In this document: piece by piece, positions 29,791 to 40,402 of the stretch
Numbering within the stretch: position 1 is the stretch's first letter
Layout: every line of letters starts with the position of its first letter
NCBI GenBank assembly: GCA_016930485.1
Contig: JAFGGP010000050.1
Coordinates: forward strand, 15,370-79,369
Length of the DNA stretch: 64,000 nt
Direction of reading: 5' to 3'
Source of the DNA: Candidatus Omnitrophota bacterium
GTDB taxonomy: Bacteria > Omnitrophota > Gorgyraeia > JAFGGP01
The notes under the pieces: model-generated
Databases searched by the model: none
Told to the model about the DNA's origin: nothing
Seen by the model: only the letters and a program-made list of their open reading frames with translations
Program-made: the position numbers and the translations under genes

Positions 29791-29820
29791 TTGACCCCTC
29801 AAATAATAAAGGCGTATAAT
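29791..29820 (+). promoter_or_regulatory. sigma70 promoter (TTGACC-18 nt-TATAAT)
   Basis: Hexamers at 29791-29796 and 29815-29820. Confidence 0.6.
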
Positions 29821-29885
29821 ATACACTTACATGTATCAGTTACGACATCCAGAGGCATTGTTTCATAACGAAAGGAGTTTCACCT

Positions 29886-30293
29886 ATGAGAACGTGTTTC
29901 ATCATCGTCCTGTGCATATCATTAGTGGGTTGCGCTACCATGCATATGCTAGGAGCCGAAAACCGGCAGTCGATCGCCAATTTATCGAAAGGCATGGATA
30001 AAGAACAGGTTATCGACTACATGGGAGAAACCTATATTTGGGATATGGGGGTTCAGATCAACAATCCCTATCGGATCGAGATGCTGCAGGGAACCAGCAA
30101 GAACTTCGAGGTTTTTTATTACTATACCGGTATTAAGCGTGCTGATTTCGAAATCACCAATGAGGAATTAACACCTCTTGTTTTTGAGAATGGGAAACTT
30201 AGCGGCTGGGGTTGGGCGTTTTTAAACGAGGTCATTTCCAAAAATAATATTCAGATCAATCAGCCAAGCAAAAGAAAAAGACGGGAATCATAA
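29886..30293 (+). CDS. Lipoprotein (DUF3192-like)
   Basis: Lipobox LVGC at the end of the signal peptide. NNPYRIEML...EVFYYYTG resembles DUF3192. Confidence 0.45.
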   Translation: MRTCFIIVLCISLVGCATMHMLGAENRQSIANLSKGMDKEQVIDYMGETYIWDMGVQINNPYRIEMLQGTSKNFEVFYYYTGIKRADFEITNEELTPLVFENGKLSGWGWAFLNEVISKNNIQINQPSKRKRRES

Positions 30294-30340
30294 TTGGACA
30301 TCGCCGATGCGAAAGGTGTGCGAATGAGAAGGAGGCTGAG

Positions 30341-30820
30341 ATGAATATTTTGAAGCTCCCCGAGGTCTTCGATGTGGGGATTGAGAAAGAAAAAAAAAGA
30401 AGAGATTTCTATGAGCAGGTTGCCCGGCAGTTTGCTGGGGAAGGGGAGGTGAAGGAACTCTTTAGCAGACTGCGCGACTGGGAAGAGACGCATATACAAA
30501 AATTCACCGAGTTAAGAAAAAGCAGCAAGGGCCACGAGACAACCGAATCCTATCCCGGCGAACTCGCCGATTATACCGATGCCCTCCTCGATGATACCCT
30601 CTATCGCGAGGTCGCACCGGACGCATTCGGCAGCAATGTGAAAACCCCGCTTGACGCGGTGCAGTACGGAATTGGTTTCGAGAAAGACGCCATTCTTTTC
30701 TTCAGGGAACTGTTGCCCTATATCGAACCGAACGCAAAGAAGGCGATTGAGCAACTCATTAGCGAAGAAAAACAACATATCGTTTTTCTTACCCAGCTTA
30801 AAAAGAGCATCGGCGGTTAA
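30341..30820 (+). CDS. Ferritin-like/rubrerythrin-family four-helix protein
   Basis: 159 aa with paired E...ExxH-type segments (EKEKKRRDFYE...WEETHIQKF and FEKDAILFF...EEKQHIVFL). Confidence 0.5.
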   Translation: MNILKLPEVFDVGIEKEKKRRDFYEQVARQFAGEGEVKELFSRLRDWEETHIQKFTELRKSSKGHETTESYPGELADYTDALLDDTLYREVAPDAFGSNVKTPLDAVQYGIGFEKDAILFFRELLPYIEPNAKKAIEQLISEEKQHIVFLTQLKKSIGG

Positions 30821-30838
30821 TAACTCCCCAAGACCTGA

Positions 30839-31852
30839 TTACGCACAGAGCACCCTGTGTACCCGCGCCAACTCTTCCTCGGTTTCATGAACAAGATCAG
30901 CCATAATATCTTTAATTGATTTAATGTTATTAATCAGGCCCACCGATTGTCCTGCCATAAGGGAACCATGCGCGGTGTCTCCGTCTATAACGGCACGGCG
31001 CAATGCCCCCATCCAATAGGTTTCCACCTGTTCCTGCGCCTTTGACCGATGCAACGATCCTTCATCGAGCCGTCTGATCAGATCAAGCTGCAGCTTGCCG
31101 AAATCATCCAATCCTTTATTGCGGAGCGTGCGCACCGCTACGACCGGAAGCCTGCTATCGAACTGTGGGGTCGAGACGGCGTCACGTGCCTTCGCCTTAA
31201 GAAGCTTTTCTTTGAAGCGCGGGTGTACACAGCATTCCTCTGATAGAGCAAAGCGTGTACCGAGCTGCACTCCGGCAGCCCCCATAAGAAACATATATGC
31301 GCACATTTTTCCGGTCGCGATTCCCCCGGCGATAAAGACAGGAACCTCGGCAACCTTAAAAAGGACCTGCTGCAGGAGCACGGCAAGGCTGACGTGGCCG
31401 ACATGGCCACCCGCCTCCATGCCTTCAAGGATGAGGGCGTCTGCGCCATAGGAGAGCATTCGGCGGGCAATGGAGAGGGTTGAGGCAAAACAGAGGATTT
31501 TTGCCCCGCTCTCCTTCACCAGTTTCACCTCTTTTTCCCGGGGGAAGCTTCCCGCAAAGATAATGTAGGGAAGTCGCATCTCCTTGACCAGTGCCAGATG
31601 TTCGTGATAGAGCGGAGCGATAGTAATGATGTTGACACCGAAGGGCTTATCGGTCTGACGACGCGTCTCCTCGACCTGTTCTTTGAGGGTATCCACAGGG
31701 GCATTGCCGCCCGCCAGACACCCGAAGCCGCCGGCATTACAGACAGCCGCTACCAGGCCAGGGGTGCTGACCCACGTCATTGCCCCGGCGAGAAACGGAT
31801 ATCTGACATTCAAGAACTCTCGCCCTTTCTTAAAAAAGCGGTCCGATAGCAT
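30839..31852 (-). CDS. Nitronate monooxygenase / FabK-like FMN oxidoreductase
   Basis: TIM-barrel NMO motifs (YPFLAGAMTWVS, GAGGFGCLAGG, EAGGHVG, AGGIATG). The ATG at 31852 is preceded by GAGGTGA on the minus strand. Confidence 0.75.
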   Translation of the reverse strand: MLSDRFFKKGREFLNVRYPFLAGAMTWVSTPGLVAAVCNAGGFGCLAGGNAPVDTLKEQVEETRRQTDKPFGVNIITIAPLYHEHLALVKEMRLPYIIFAGSFPREKEVKLVKESGAKILCFASTLSIARRMLSYGADALILEGMEAGGHVGHVSLAVLLQQVLFKVAEVPVFIAGGIATGKMCAYMFLMGAAGVQLGTRFALSEECCVHPRFKEKLLKAKARDAVSTPQFDSRLPVVAVRTLRNKGLDDFGKLQLDLIRRLDEGSLHRSKAQEQVETYWMGALRRAVIDGDTAHGSLMAGQSVGLINNIKSIKDIMADLVHETEEELARVHRVLCA

Positions 31853-32096
31853 GATTATCACCTCATATGGTTTTCTGATGGTTTTTCAGGCCCGTATAAT
31901 TTTCCTTGGGCCTTTTGTGAGTTACCGTGTATAATAATCGCACCTAACTAGGCCCATTATAAGGCAAATATGAAATAACGTCTAGAAGATAGCCTTCTAA
32001 CAGAGCGCAGCTCGATATAGGAAGGGCGGTTAGATTTTTTCACTTTTACCTCATGTCATTCTGTAAATTATCTGCTCATTAAAAAAAGGGGGAAAG

Positions 32097-33047
32097 ATGT
32101 ACCGACCGCAAATTAAAGTACTTGATTGCACTGTCCGGGACGGCGGGCTTATCAACAATCATGATTTTGACCATCGTTTTGTCCGCGATGTCTTCCAGGC
32201 AGTATCTGCTGCCGGGGTTGACTATATGGAGATGGGGTATAAGAACTCTAAAGACCTTTTTTCACCTAAGGAATACGGACTCTGGAAGTTCTGTGACGAC
32301 GAGGAGATTAAAAAGATCATCGATGGGATCGAGACCGAGACAAAGATTTCTATTATGGTCGATGTGGGCCGCGTCGAGCTTGATGATATAAGGCCTAAGG
32401 CAGAGAGCCCCGTCGATATGATCCGGGTTGCCTCGTATGTAAAAGACATAGATAAGGCCATTTATATGGTAAACCACTTTGCCGAGAAGGGGTATGAGAC
32501 GACGATTAACGTCATGGCAATCTCGGTGGATCAAGGACCGGAACTTGATGAGGCCCTTCATCAGATAGAGGAAGAAAGCAAGGTGCAGGTGGTGTATATC
32601 GTTGACAGTTTCGGGGCACTCTATCAAGAACCGGTCGAGTATCTGGTGAAGCGGTTTAAGACCATCTTAAAATCCCGCGAGGTGGGTTTTCACGGACACA
32701 ATGCCCAGCAGCTTGCCTTTAGCAATACCATCGAGGCGATCATCCATGACGCAAATTATCTCGATGCTACCGTATACGGCATTGGCCGCGGTTCGGGAAA
32801 CTGTCCGCTTGAATTATTAATCGGGTTTCTCAAGAATCCAAAATTCGACATCCGCCCCCTTCTTGATTTAATTTCCAACGATTTTATTCCCCTGCGGGAA
32901 AAAATCGAATGGGGCTATATTATACCGTATGCGATTTCTGGCATGCTCAATGTGCATCCCAAGGCCGCCATGACGCTGCGCAAAACCGATAAGAAAGAGA
33001 GCTACCGGGCGTTTTTTGAAAATTTAATGAATCCCGATCTTGAGTAA
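32097..33047 (+). CDS. HMGL-like (DRE-TIM) aldolase family protein
   Basis: DCTVRDGG N-terminal motif and HGHNAQQLAFSNT metal-binding segment typical of pyruvate carboxyltransferase/HMGL-like aldolases. Confidence 0.65.
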   Translation: MYRPQIKVLDCTVRDGGLINNHDFDHRFVRDVFQAVSAAGVDYMEMGYKNSKDLFSPKEYGLWKFCDDEEIKKIIDGIETETKISIMVDVGRVELDDIRPKAESPVDMIRVASYVKDIDKAIYMVNHFAEKGYETTINVMAISVDQGPELDEALHQIEEESKVQVVYIVDSFGALYQEPVEYLVKRFKTILKSREVGFHGHNAQQLAFSNTIEAIIHDANYLDATVYGIGRGSGNCPLELLIGFLKNPKFDIRPLLDLISNDFIPLREKIEWGYIIPYAISGMLNVHPKAAMTLRKTDKKESYRAFFENLMNPDLE

Positions 33048-33051
33048 TTTC

Positions 33052-33705
33052 ATGAAGATAGAGCAATTTAAAAAACTGCCCCTGATGGGCATTTTGCGCG
33101 ACGTAGAAGCCGAGGTCCTGGAACCCTTGACCGAGACCATAATAACAGCTGGTCTGAAGACCGTTGAAATTACCATGAATACTACCGCTGCCGCCACGCT
33201 GATTCGTCACATGAAGGATAAAGCGGGCAACTCTCTTTCAGTGGGTGCCGGTACGGTGCTTTCACTTGATGATGCTCGCCGGGCGTGCGCCGCCGGGGCC
33301 CAGTTTATTGTTATGCCGGTACTGGTGCGCGATGTCATGGACTACTGCGTAAGAGAGGGGATTCCGGCCTTTCCGGGTGCGCTTACGCCGACAGAGATAC
33401 TGGAGGCATGGCGTTCAGGTGCGACTATGGTGAAGGTTTTTCCCGCCTCCCATTTTGGACCCGCCTATTTTAACGAGGTCAGAGGCCCGTTTCGGGATAT
33501 CGGACTTTTGGCATGCGGCGGCGTTACCGTTGAGAATCTAAGCAGATTTTTTTCCTGTGGTGCTCAGGCGGTTGCCTTCGGAGGGAGTGTCTTTAAAAAG
33601 AAATGGCTCGATGACAGACACTTCTCTTATATCGGCGATGTGATCAAGGACCTCGTTACCGCCTTTGAAAGATACTATAACGATACCGGCAACGCCATTG
33701 ATTAA
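33052..33705 (+). CDS. eda: KDPG / 4-hydroxy-2-oxoglutarate aldolase
   Basis: GILRD..., EITMNT, VGAGTVL, KVFPA and ACGGV motifs of Eda-type class I aldolases. Confidence 0.75.
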   Translation: MKIEQFKKLPLMGILRDVEAEVLEPLTETIITAGLKTVEITMNTTAAATLIRHMKDKAGNSLSVGAGTVLSLDDARRACAAGAQFIVMPVLVRDVMDYCVREGIPAFPGALTPTEILEAWRSGATMVKVFPASHFGPAYFNEVRGPFRDIGLLACGGVTVENLSRFFSCGAQAVAFGGSVFKKKWLDDRHFSYIGDVIKDLVTAFERYYNDTGNAID

Positions 33706-33748
33706 CCGTATCGTTTCATTTGTGGTCTAAAAACAAGGCGATGCTGCG

Positions 33749-35026
33749 ATGACCGTTACAGAGCTCCTCTATCTGTTATTTTTGGTCTTCGGTTTCACCG
33801 TTGGCTTCAGGATCGCCGAGGTCATATACCGGAGGCAGACCCGTCTTTTTCAGGAAATGCTCCGTCGCCGCTCCAGGGCGCCCGCCATATTACCTGCTCA
33901 ACCAGCACAACCTGTTCTCGAATCAGAAGATATGTTATGGCATGAGGAAGAGACGTCGTTCATCTTTAAATTAAACGAAAAGCTTTCTTTGACATTGGAC
34001 CGCTCCAGGTTTGCCCGGTGTATCGTTGAAAATGCTTATGAGTTTTTATATGTCGAGAAGGCCATTCTCCTGCTCGTCGACCAGCATACACAAAAACTCA
34101 AGGTGGCATACGCCATCGGAGTTACCTCGAATGCAGACAGAGATATCGAACTTGAAAGGCGGGAGAGCATATCAGGGCATGTATTTACTGAACAGGAGAC
34201 GCTGGTTATCGACGATTTGGATCAGGATTTTTATCTAAAAAAAATCAATAAAGAGCCGTATTTCAGAAAATCTTTTGTCAGCGTGCCGCTTCTTTTTGAA
34301 CGGGAGTCGGTAGGTGTACTGCACGTATGTGATAAGAAACCCGACCGGCTTTTTAAAAAGAGGGATATCTCGTTTCTTAGAAACGTGAGCAGACTTGCGG
34401 CGATCGCATTTCAGAATATCAAGATGCACGAAGAGATGCAGGAAAGTTACATCACGACGATCGCAGCCCTTGCCACCGCCCTCGACGAACGCGACCGTTA
34501 TACGCGCTGGCATTCAGAGAACGTGACGCGGTACGCCCTGGCCCTTGCCTGCGAGCTACATCTCGGTATTTTTCAAACCGAAGTATTGAGGCGCGCGGCA
34601 CTGCTCCACGACATCGGAAAGATAGGCATCAGGGACGACATACTTTTAAAAGCCGGAAAGCTGACCGATGAGGAGCATATCCAGATTACGTTACATCCGC
34701 AGAAAGGCGAGGAGATCGTCCGGCCGCTTCCTTTTTTGCGTGACAGCGCCCTCCTGATACGCCATCATCACGAACGCTACGACGGGGGAGGCTATCCGGA
34801 TGGCATTAAGGGGGAGGCGATAGAGCTTGGGGCGCGTATTATGGCGATTGCCGACAGCTTTGACGCCATGACGTCCGACCGGGTGTACCGAAAGGCGCTT
34901 TCCCTGGATATGGCAAAAAATGAGCTCATCAATAATAAAGGGACCCAGTTTGATCCCGAGCTTGTAGACTGCTTTATCAGGATTCTTGGCCATAATCCTG
35001 ACATTATAAAAACCCCGGCTGAATAG
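33749..35026 (+). CDS. GAF domain / HD-GYP phosphodiesterase
   Basis: N-terminal TM helix and a central GAF-like domain. HD-GYP motifs are LHDIGKIGI and HHERYDGGGYPDG. Confidence 0.85.
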   Translation: MTVTELLYLLFLVFGFTVGFRIAEVIYRRQTRLFQEMLRRRSRAPAILPAQPAQPVLESEDMLWHEEETSFIFKLNEKLSLTLDRSRFARCIVENAYEFLYVEKAILLLVDQHTQKLKVAYAIGVTSNADRDIELERRESISGHVFTEQETLVIDDLDQDFYLKKINKEPYFRKSFVSVPLLFERESVGVLHVCDKKPDRLFKKRDISFLRNVSRLAAIAFQNIKMHEEMQESYITTIAALATALDERDRYTRWHSENVTRYALALACELHLGIFQTEVLRRAALLHDIGKIGIRDDILLKAGKLTDEEHIQITLHPQKGEEIVRPLPFLRDSALLIRHHHERYDGGGYPDGIKGEAIELGARIMAIADSFDAMTSDRVYRKALSLDMAKNELINNKGTQFDPELVDCFIRILGHNPDIIKTPAE

Positions 35027-35150
35027 CAAAAAAGACCTCGGCGGGCACTTTTTCTCACTTTTTCCTTTTAAGTCATTAGGCTGCTATAGTATAATCATTT
35101 TCTCCCACGTCTTAGAATTGTTTGGTCATAGGCTTGTGATCCTTATTCTT

Positions 35151-35179
35151 TTGACACACAACATATAGTATGATATAGT
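35151..35179 (+). promoter_or_regulatory. sigma70 promoter (TTGACA-17 nt-TATAGT) abutting the purB start
   Basis: TTGACA at 35151-35156 and TATAGT at 35174-35179. The purB ATG is at 35189. Confidence 0.55.
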
Positions 35180-35188
35180 TTGCTTCTC

Positions 35189-36481
35189 ATGATCCCGCGA
35201 TACTCGCTTCCAGAGATGTCAAAGATATGGTCTGAGGAGGCCCGTTTTGAGCGGATGCTCAAGGTTGAACTTCTGACATGCGAGGCCTTAGCCCGGAAAG
35301 GGGCCATATCTAAGACAGCCTATCGGCAGATCAAGTCAAAGGCCCGCTTCAATATTAAAAATATCTCACAATTGGAATCGAAAACCCGACATGATGTGGT
35401 GGCGTTTGTCAATGATATCGCGTCAAAGGTGGGAAAGTACGGGCGCTTTATTCATATGGGTCTTACCTCAAGCGATGTGCTGGATACCGCGCTGGCCGCA
35501 GGACTCAGACAGGCAGGGTTTTTGCTCAAGAGGGACCTCGAACGCCTGATGAGGGTCTTTAGAAAACAGGCGCGCCGCTACAAGTATACGCCGATGGTCG
35601 GGAGGACTCACGGTGTACACGCCGAACCAACTACCTTTGGTATAAAGCTGGCACTTTTTTATGACGAGCTTAAACGGCATCATATGCGTCTTGAACGGGC
35701 CATTGATGAGGTGAGCGTGGGCAAGCTTTCCGGCGCTGTCGGGACCTATGCAAATATGGGGCCTTCGGTTGAGCAGTATGTATGCAGGAAGCTTGGCCTC
35801 AAACCTGCACCGGTTTCATCACAGGTTATCCAGCGGGATATCCACGCGTATTTTCTGGCGACCCTGAGCCTTATCGGGGCCTCTATTGAAAAAATCGCCC
35901 TTGAGGTCCGTCACCTGCACCGGACCGAGGTAAAAGAGGTGGAGGAGCCTTTTGAGTCGGGTCAGACTGGGTCTAGCGCCATGCCTCACAAAAAAAATCC
36001 GATTCTCTGCGAGCGGATGGCGGGCCAAGCGCGACTCCTCAGGGGGTACGCGCAGGTTGCTCTGGAGAATATCGCACTGTGGCATGAGCGGGACATCTCA
36101 CACTCATCGGCAGAGCGGGTGATTATTCCCGACAGCACACTCCTTCTTGATTATATGCTGCAGACGATTACCTATGTCATCGAGAATATGCGGGTCTATC
36201 CCGAGAACATGGAACGCAATCTCAGGCTCAGTAAGGGAATGATATTTTCTCAGGCCCTTCTGATAAGGCTGGTTAAAGCGGGTCTCAAGAGAAAAGACGC
36301 GTACGCAATGGTGCAGGCGATAGCGATGGGTTGCCGTCAGAGTGAGGAAATGTTCGAAGAGGCGGTGTTAAAGAGCAAAAAAATTAAGCAGTATCTTTCA
36401 CCCCAGGAAATACGGAAGTGTTTTGATGTGAAACACAACCTGCGGTTTGTGGATTACATCTTCAGAAAAGTAGGAATATAA
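35189..36481 (+). CDS. purB: Adenylosuccinate lyase
   Basis: MIPRYSLPEM start, the fumarate-lyase signature GSSAMPHKKNP, and full length. Confidence 0.95.
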   Translation: MIPRYSLPEMSKIWSEEARFERMLKVELLTCEALARKGAISKTAYRQIKSKARFNIKNISQLESKTRHDVVAFVNDIASKVGKYGRFIHMGLTSSDVLDTALAAGLRQAGFLLKRDLERLMRVFRKQARRYKYTPMVGRTHGVHAEPTTFGIKLALFYDELKRHHMRLERAIDEVSVGKLSGAVGTYANMGPSVEQYVCRKLGLKPAPVSSQVIQRDIHAYFLATLSLIGASIEKIALEVRHLHRTEVKEVEEPFESGQTGSSAMPHKKNPILCERMAGQARLLRGYAQVALENIALWHERDISHSSAERVIIPDSTLLLDYMLQTITYVIENMRVYPENMERNLRLSKGMIFSQALLIRLVKAGLKRKDAYAMVQAIAMGCRQSEEMFEEAVLKSKKIKQYLSPQEIRKCFDVKHNLRFVDYIFRKVGI

Positions 36482-36641
36482 CATTCCTCCCTTGCAGTAT
36501 AACTTTTACCCCAAACCGGGACGAGTGCAATTTAAAATTTTACTTCAAAGAGGCAGAGGTCTCAAAAGAGTAAGAGGGTTGTCTTTTGTCAAGGGCGTTA
36601 CTTCGTTGGTTTCATCATTCTCAAAATAAGGAGTCGGCACA

Positions 36642-37373
36642 ATGGAAAGTGTTGTGAATGTCGTCAAGGGAAAGCAATTATACGAAGGCAAGGCAAAAAT
36701 TATTTATGCAACCGATAAACCTGATCTGTACATTCAGTATTTCAAGGATGATGCGACCGCTTTCAATGCACAAAAAAAAGGGACGATCGGCCAGAAGGGT
36801 ATATGCAACAATAAGATTTCTACCTGTTTTTTTGAACTGCTTCAGACAAAGGGAATCGATACCCATTTTGTCAAAATGCTCAGCGAACGGGAGATGCTGG
36901 TAAAGCGGCTTGACATCGTTCAGGTGGAGGTAACCATCCGCAATATCGTTGCCGGGGGTATGGCAAAGCTGTTGGGCCTGGAGGAGGGCATCGAACTCAA
37001 GGAGCCGGTACTCGAGTATCACTATAAACACGACGGACTTGGCGATCCCCTGATCAATGAGTATCATATCAAGGCCCTGGATCTTGCCACCGACGAGGAG
37101 ATGCATTATATCCGTGAGCGGTCCTTCGAGATTAACAATATCCTCAAGAATTTCCTGGTAGACCGGGCATTGATTCTGGTGGATTTTAAACTTGAGTTTG
37201 GCCGCGACGCAAAAAAGAAGATTGTGCTCGGCGATGAGATCTCGCCGGATACTTGTCGTTTTTGGGATAGGGAGACAAGAAAAAAACTGGATAAGGATAG
37301 ATTTAGAAGAGATCTTGGCGGCATAGAAGACGCATACCAGGAAGTGCTTATGCGCATTACGGGGAAGAAGTAA
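36642..37373 (+). CDS. purC: SAICAR synthetase
   Basis: LYEGKAK...[23 protein letters not shown] and [12 protein letters not shown] motifs. Confidence 0.95.
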   Translation: MESVVNVVKGKQLYEGKAKIIYATDKPDLYIQYFKDDATAFNAQKKGTIGQKGICNNKISTCFFELLQTKGIDTHFVKMLSEREMLVKRLDIVQVEVTIRNIVAGGMAKLLGLEEGIELKEPVLEYHYKHDGLGDPLINEYHIKALDLATDEEMHYIRERSFEINNILKNFLVDRALILVDFKLEFGRDAKKKIVLGDEISPDTCRFWDRETRKKLDKDRFRRDLGGIEDAYQEVLMRITGKK

Positions 37374-37380
37374 CTTTCTA

Positions 37381-37423
37381 GGACACATGTCACAGGAAAA
37401 ATACTTGTGACTTGTGACCTGTC
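37381..37423. repeat. Heptamer-unit hairpin (GACACAT/GTCACAG arm, AAAAATAC loop, TGTGACT/TGTGACC arm)
   Basis: Read directly. 12 of 14 positions pair. The loop-plus-arm AAAATACTTGTGAC is shared with the element at 43916. Confidence 0.8.
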
Positions 37424-37426
37424 GTT

Positions 37427-40324
37427 ATGAACATCTGGCATATCGAAGTCTTTAACAAAGAGGGTGTAGGCGATGTGGTCGGGCTCCAGCTTCTCCGGGA
37501 CATCAAGGAGCTGGGGATTGACGGGGTGGAGCGGGTTTGCTTTAAACAGGTCTATCTTCTTGAGGGGGAGTACAGCGCGGGAGACATAGAAAAAATCGCT
37601 CAGCGCTTTCTTGCCGATCCTATCTGTCAGGAGTTTTCCGTAGAATCGCTCGATGAGAAAGCGGCTGTGCTTCCGAAGGATACGGCCCGTACACACACCG
37701 TTGAGATTGCCTATAACCCGGGGGTAATGGATCCCTGGGAAGAGACTATCGGTAAAGGGATCATCGATCTTGGTTGTAAAGAGGCCCGTTCAGTCAAGAC
37801 AATCAAGAAGTATGTCATGGAAGGCTCGATATCTTCCGAGACGCTCGATACTATTTGTGACGAGTTGCTCTACAACAAGCTTATTCAGCATCGTATCAGG
37901 TCCTCAGAAAAAAGCGACATCGAATTTCTGCATTCCATTCCCGAATACACCTTTTCTCTCATTACCGTTGATCTTCTTTCCGCCGCCAATGAAGAACTTT
38001 TAGCAATCAGCAAGAACGCGCAGCTCTATCTCAGCCTGGATGAGATGAAGGCCATACAGGCACATTTTGTGCGACTGGGACGCAACCCTACCGACTGCGA
38101 GATTGAGACAATCGCGCAGACATGGTCGGAGCATTGTTGCCATAAGACATTTCGCGCCGCCATCGAAATGGAGGACAGGCAGATCGATAACCTTCTGAAA
38201 AGTACCGTTATGAAGGTTACCAAGGAACTTAATAAGGAATGGTGTCTGTCGGTCTTCAAAGATAATGCGGGAATTATCGCGTTTGACGAAAAAAACGCTA
38301 TCGCCGTAAAGGTAGAGACACACAATCATCCGTCAGCACTTGAGCCTTACGGAGGGGCCTCGACCGGGATCGGCGGGGTTATACGCGATATCCTCGGGGC
38401 AGGCCTCGGGGCAAGGCCCATTGCCAATACCGACGTCTTTTGTTTTGCACCGTTCGATATACCGGCACAGGAAATTCCCGGGGGAGTGCTTCATCCAAGG
38501 AGGATTATCAAGGGTGTTGTTTCGGGTGTGCGGGATTACGGCAACCGTATGGGGATACCAACGGTGAACGGGGCCGTTCTCTTTGATAAACAGTATCTGG
38601 GCAACCCGCTTGTCTACTGCGGGACAATCGGGATTATGCCGAAGGATATGTGCACCAAAAAGGTCGACCCGGGGGACGTTATTATAGCCGTTGGCGGAAG
38701 GACGGGGCGGGACGGTATTCACGGGGCAACCTTCTCATCCGGCGAGCTTACTTCTTCGACCAAAGAGACATTGAGTGGGGCAGTTCAGATCGGGAACCCG
38801 ATTGCCGAAAAAAAGGTGCTTGATGTACTTCTGGCGGCACGCGATAGAGGACTGTACAAGGCAATTACCGATTGCGGCGCAGGGGGATTCTCCAGCGCGG
38901 TGGGCGAGCTCGGCGAGGAGACCGGGGCGGAGGTACACCTCGAAAAAGTCCCGTTAAAATACGCGGGGCTCACCTACACCGAGATGTGGATTTCGGAATC
39001 ACAGGAGCGAATGGTGCTTGCGGCTGCCCCTGATAAGGCCGCCGAACTTATTGAGCTTTTTGCGAAGGAGGATGTGGAGGCGACCTGCATCGGAACCTTT
39101 ACCGATGATAAAAGACTGAAATTATATTATAACGACAACCTTGTCTGTGACCTCGATATGGAATTTCTCCATAGAGGAATGCCTCGGGTGAGACGGACGG
39201 CGAGGTGGAAAGTTCCCAGGAAAACACCCCTTTGTTTGAGGGCCTCTTTTTCCGAGTATGGCTCTTTTATTCTCAAGACCCTGGCCCATCCGAATGTGTG
39301 CAGCAAGGAGTGGATTATCAGACAGTACGACCATGAGGTACAGGCGGGAACGGTGAGTAAGCCGTTAGTCGGTGCCCGGAATGACGGACCGTCCGATGCG
39401 GCGGTTATGCGGCCACTGTTTCATTCCCGGCGCGGCATCGCCGTTGCAAACGGCATCAACTCGAAGTACGGTATATACGACCCGTACTGGATGGCAGCTT
39501 CTAATATTGACGAGGCGATACGACAGCAGGTGGCCGTTGGTGCCGACTTTGAAAAAATAGCACTTTTGGATAATTTTTGCTGGGGCAATCCCGAAGATCC
39601 TTATATCCTGGGTTCGCTGGTCAGGGCGGCAGAGGCCTGTTATGACATTGCCAGGGGATTCGGTTGCCCGTTTATTTCCGGCAAAGACAGTTTATATAAT
39701 GAATATGTGAGCGACAGGAAGAAGGTATCAATACCAGGCACCCTTCTTATTACCAGTATCGGTATTGTCGATGATGTTGGCAAGGCAGTTTCCATGGATT
39801 TTAAAAAACCGGGCGATTATGTCTATATCATCGGCGAGACCCGCAATGAACTTGCCGGTTCTGCGTTCTGCGATGTTGCGGGTCTTTCCGGGGGCGAGGT
39901 ACCAAGGGTGGATGTCGCGCGCGCACGGATAACCATGGAGAAACTCTCACAGGCGATCCGCACCGGAATAGTCAGCGCGGCTCACGATTGTTCTGACGGC
40001 GGTTTGGCCGTTGCAGTGTGTGAAATGGCCATGGCCGGTGAGGTCGGGGCGGACATAGACCTTGGCAGCGCACCGTGTTTTTCAGATATCACTCAGGGCT
40101 ATGAGGTATTATTCAGTGAGTCCAACAGCCGTTTTATCGTTTCGGTCCCTGCCGAGAGCTCCGGGGAATTCGAACGTCTTCTCGGCGATGTCAAGTTTGG
40201 GCTGCTCGGCAGAACGAAGGCCGAGCCCGATGTCCGTTTTATCAGTCTGGATAAGGCACAGAACATTACCCTGACACTCGCGGATATCAGGCATGCGTGG
40301 AAGAGCACGCTGGACTGGCAGTAA
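37427..40324 (+). CDS. purL: FGAM synthase, fused PurS-PurL
   Basis: 965 aa. An N-terminal ~80 aa PurS-like domain precedes PurL (ETHNHPSALEPYGGA, duplicated AIR-synthase-like domains). Confidence 0.95.
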   Translation: MNIWHIEVFNKEGVGDVVGLQLLRDIKELGIDGVERVCFKQVYLLEGEYSAGDIEKIAQRFLADPICQEFSVESLDEKAAVLPKDTARTHTVEIAYNPGVMDPWEETIGKGIIDLGCKEARSVKTIKKYVMEGSISSETLDTICDELLYNKLIQHRIRSSEKSDIEFLHSIPEYTFSLITVDLLSAANEELLAISKNAQLYLSLDEMKAIQAHFVRLGRNPTDCEIETIAQTWSEHCCHKTFRAAIEMEDRQIDNLLKSTVMKVTKELNKEWCLSVFKDNAGIIAFDEKNAIAVKVETHNHPSALEPYGGASTGIGGVIRDILGAGLGARPIANTDVFCFAPFDIPAQEIPGGVLHPRRIIKGVVSGVRDYGNRMGIPTVNGAVLFDKQYLGNPLVYCGTIGIMPKDMCTKKVDPGDVIIAVGGRTGRDGIHGATFSSGELTSSTKETLSGAVQIGNPIAEKKVLDVLLAARDRGLYKAITDCGAGGFSSAVGELGEETGAEVHLEKVPLKYAGLTYTEMWISESQERMVLAAAPDKAAELIELFAKEDVEATCIGTFTDDKRLKLYYNDNLVCDLDMEFLHRGMPRVRRTARWKVPRKTPLCLRASFSEYGSFILKTLAHPNVCSKEWIIRQYDHEVQAGTVSKPLVGARNDGPSDAAVMRPLFHSRRGIAVANGINSKYGIYDPYWMAASNIDEAIRQQVAVGADFEKIALLDNFCWGNPEDPYILGSLVRAAEACYDIARGFGCPFISGKDSLYNEYVSDRKKVSIPGTLLITSIGIVDDVGKAVSMDFKKPGDYVYIIGETRNELAGSAFCDVAGLSGGEVPRVDVARARITMEKLSQAIRTGIVSAAHDCSDGGLAVAVCEMAMAGEVGADIDLGSAPCFSDITQGYEVLFSESNSRFIVSVPAESSGEFERLLGDVKFGLLGRTKAEPDVRFISLDKAQNITLTLADIRHAWKSTLDWQ

Positions 40325-40334
40325 TAACTTTAAA

Positions 40335-40397
40335 AGCCTTCAGCCAGCAGCCTTCAGCCATCAGCCGCTGAAAGCTGACAGCTGACAGCTGAAAGCT
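40335..40397. repeat. Heptamer-unit hairpin ((NNTCAGC)x4 / (GCTGANN)x4)
   Basis: AGCCTTCAGCCAGCAGCCTTCAGCCATCAGC-C-GCTGAAAGCTGACAGCTGACAGCTGAAAGCT. The 5-nt cores pair and the 2-nt variable positions mostly do not. Confidence 0.85.
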
Positions 40398-40402
40398 AAA
40401 AA

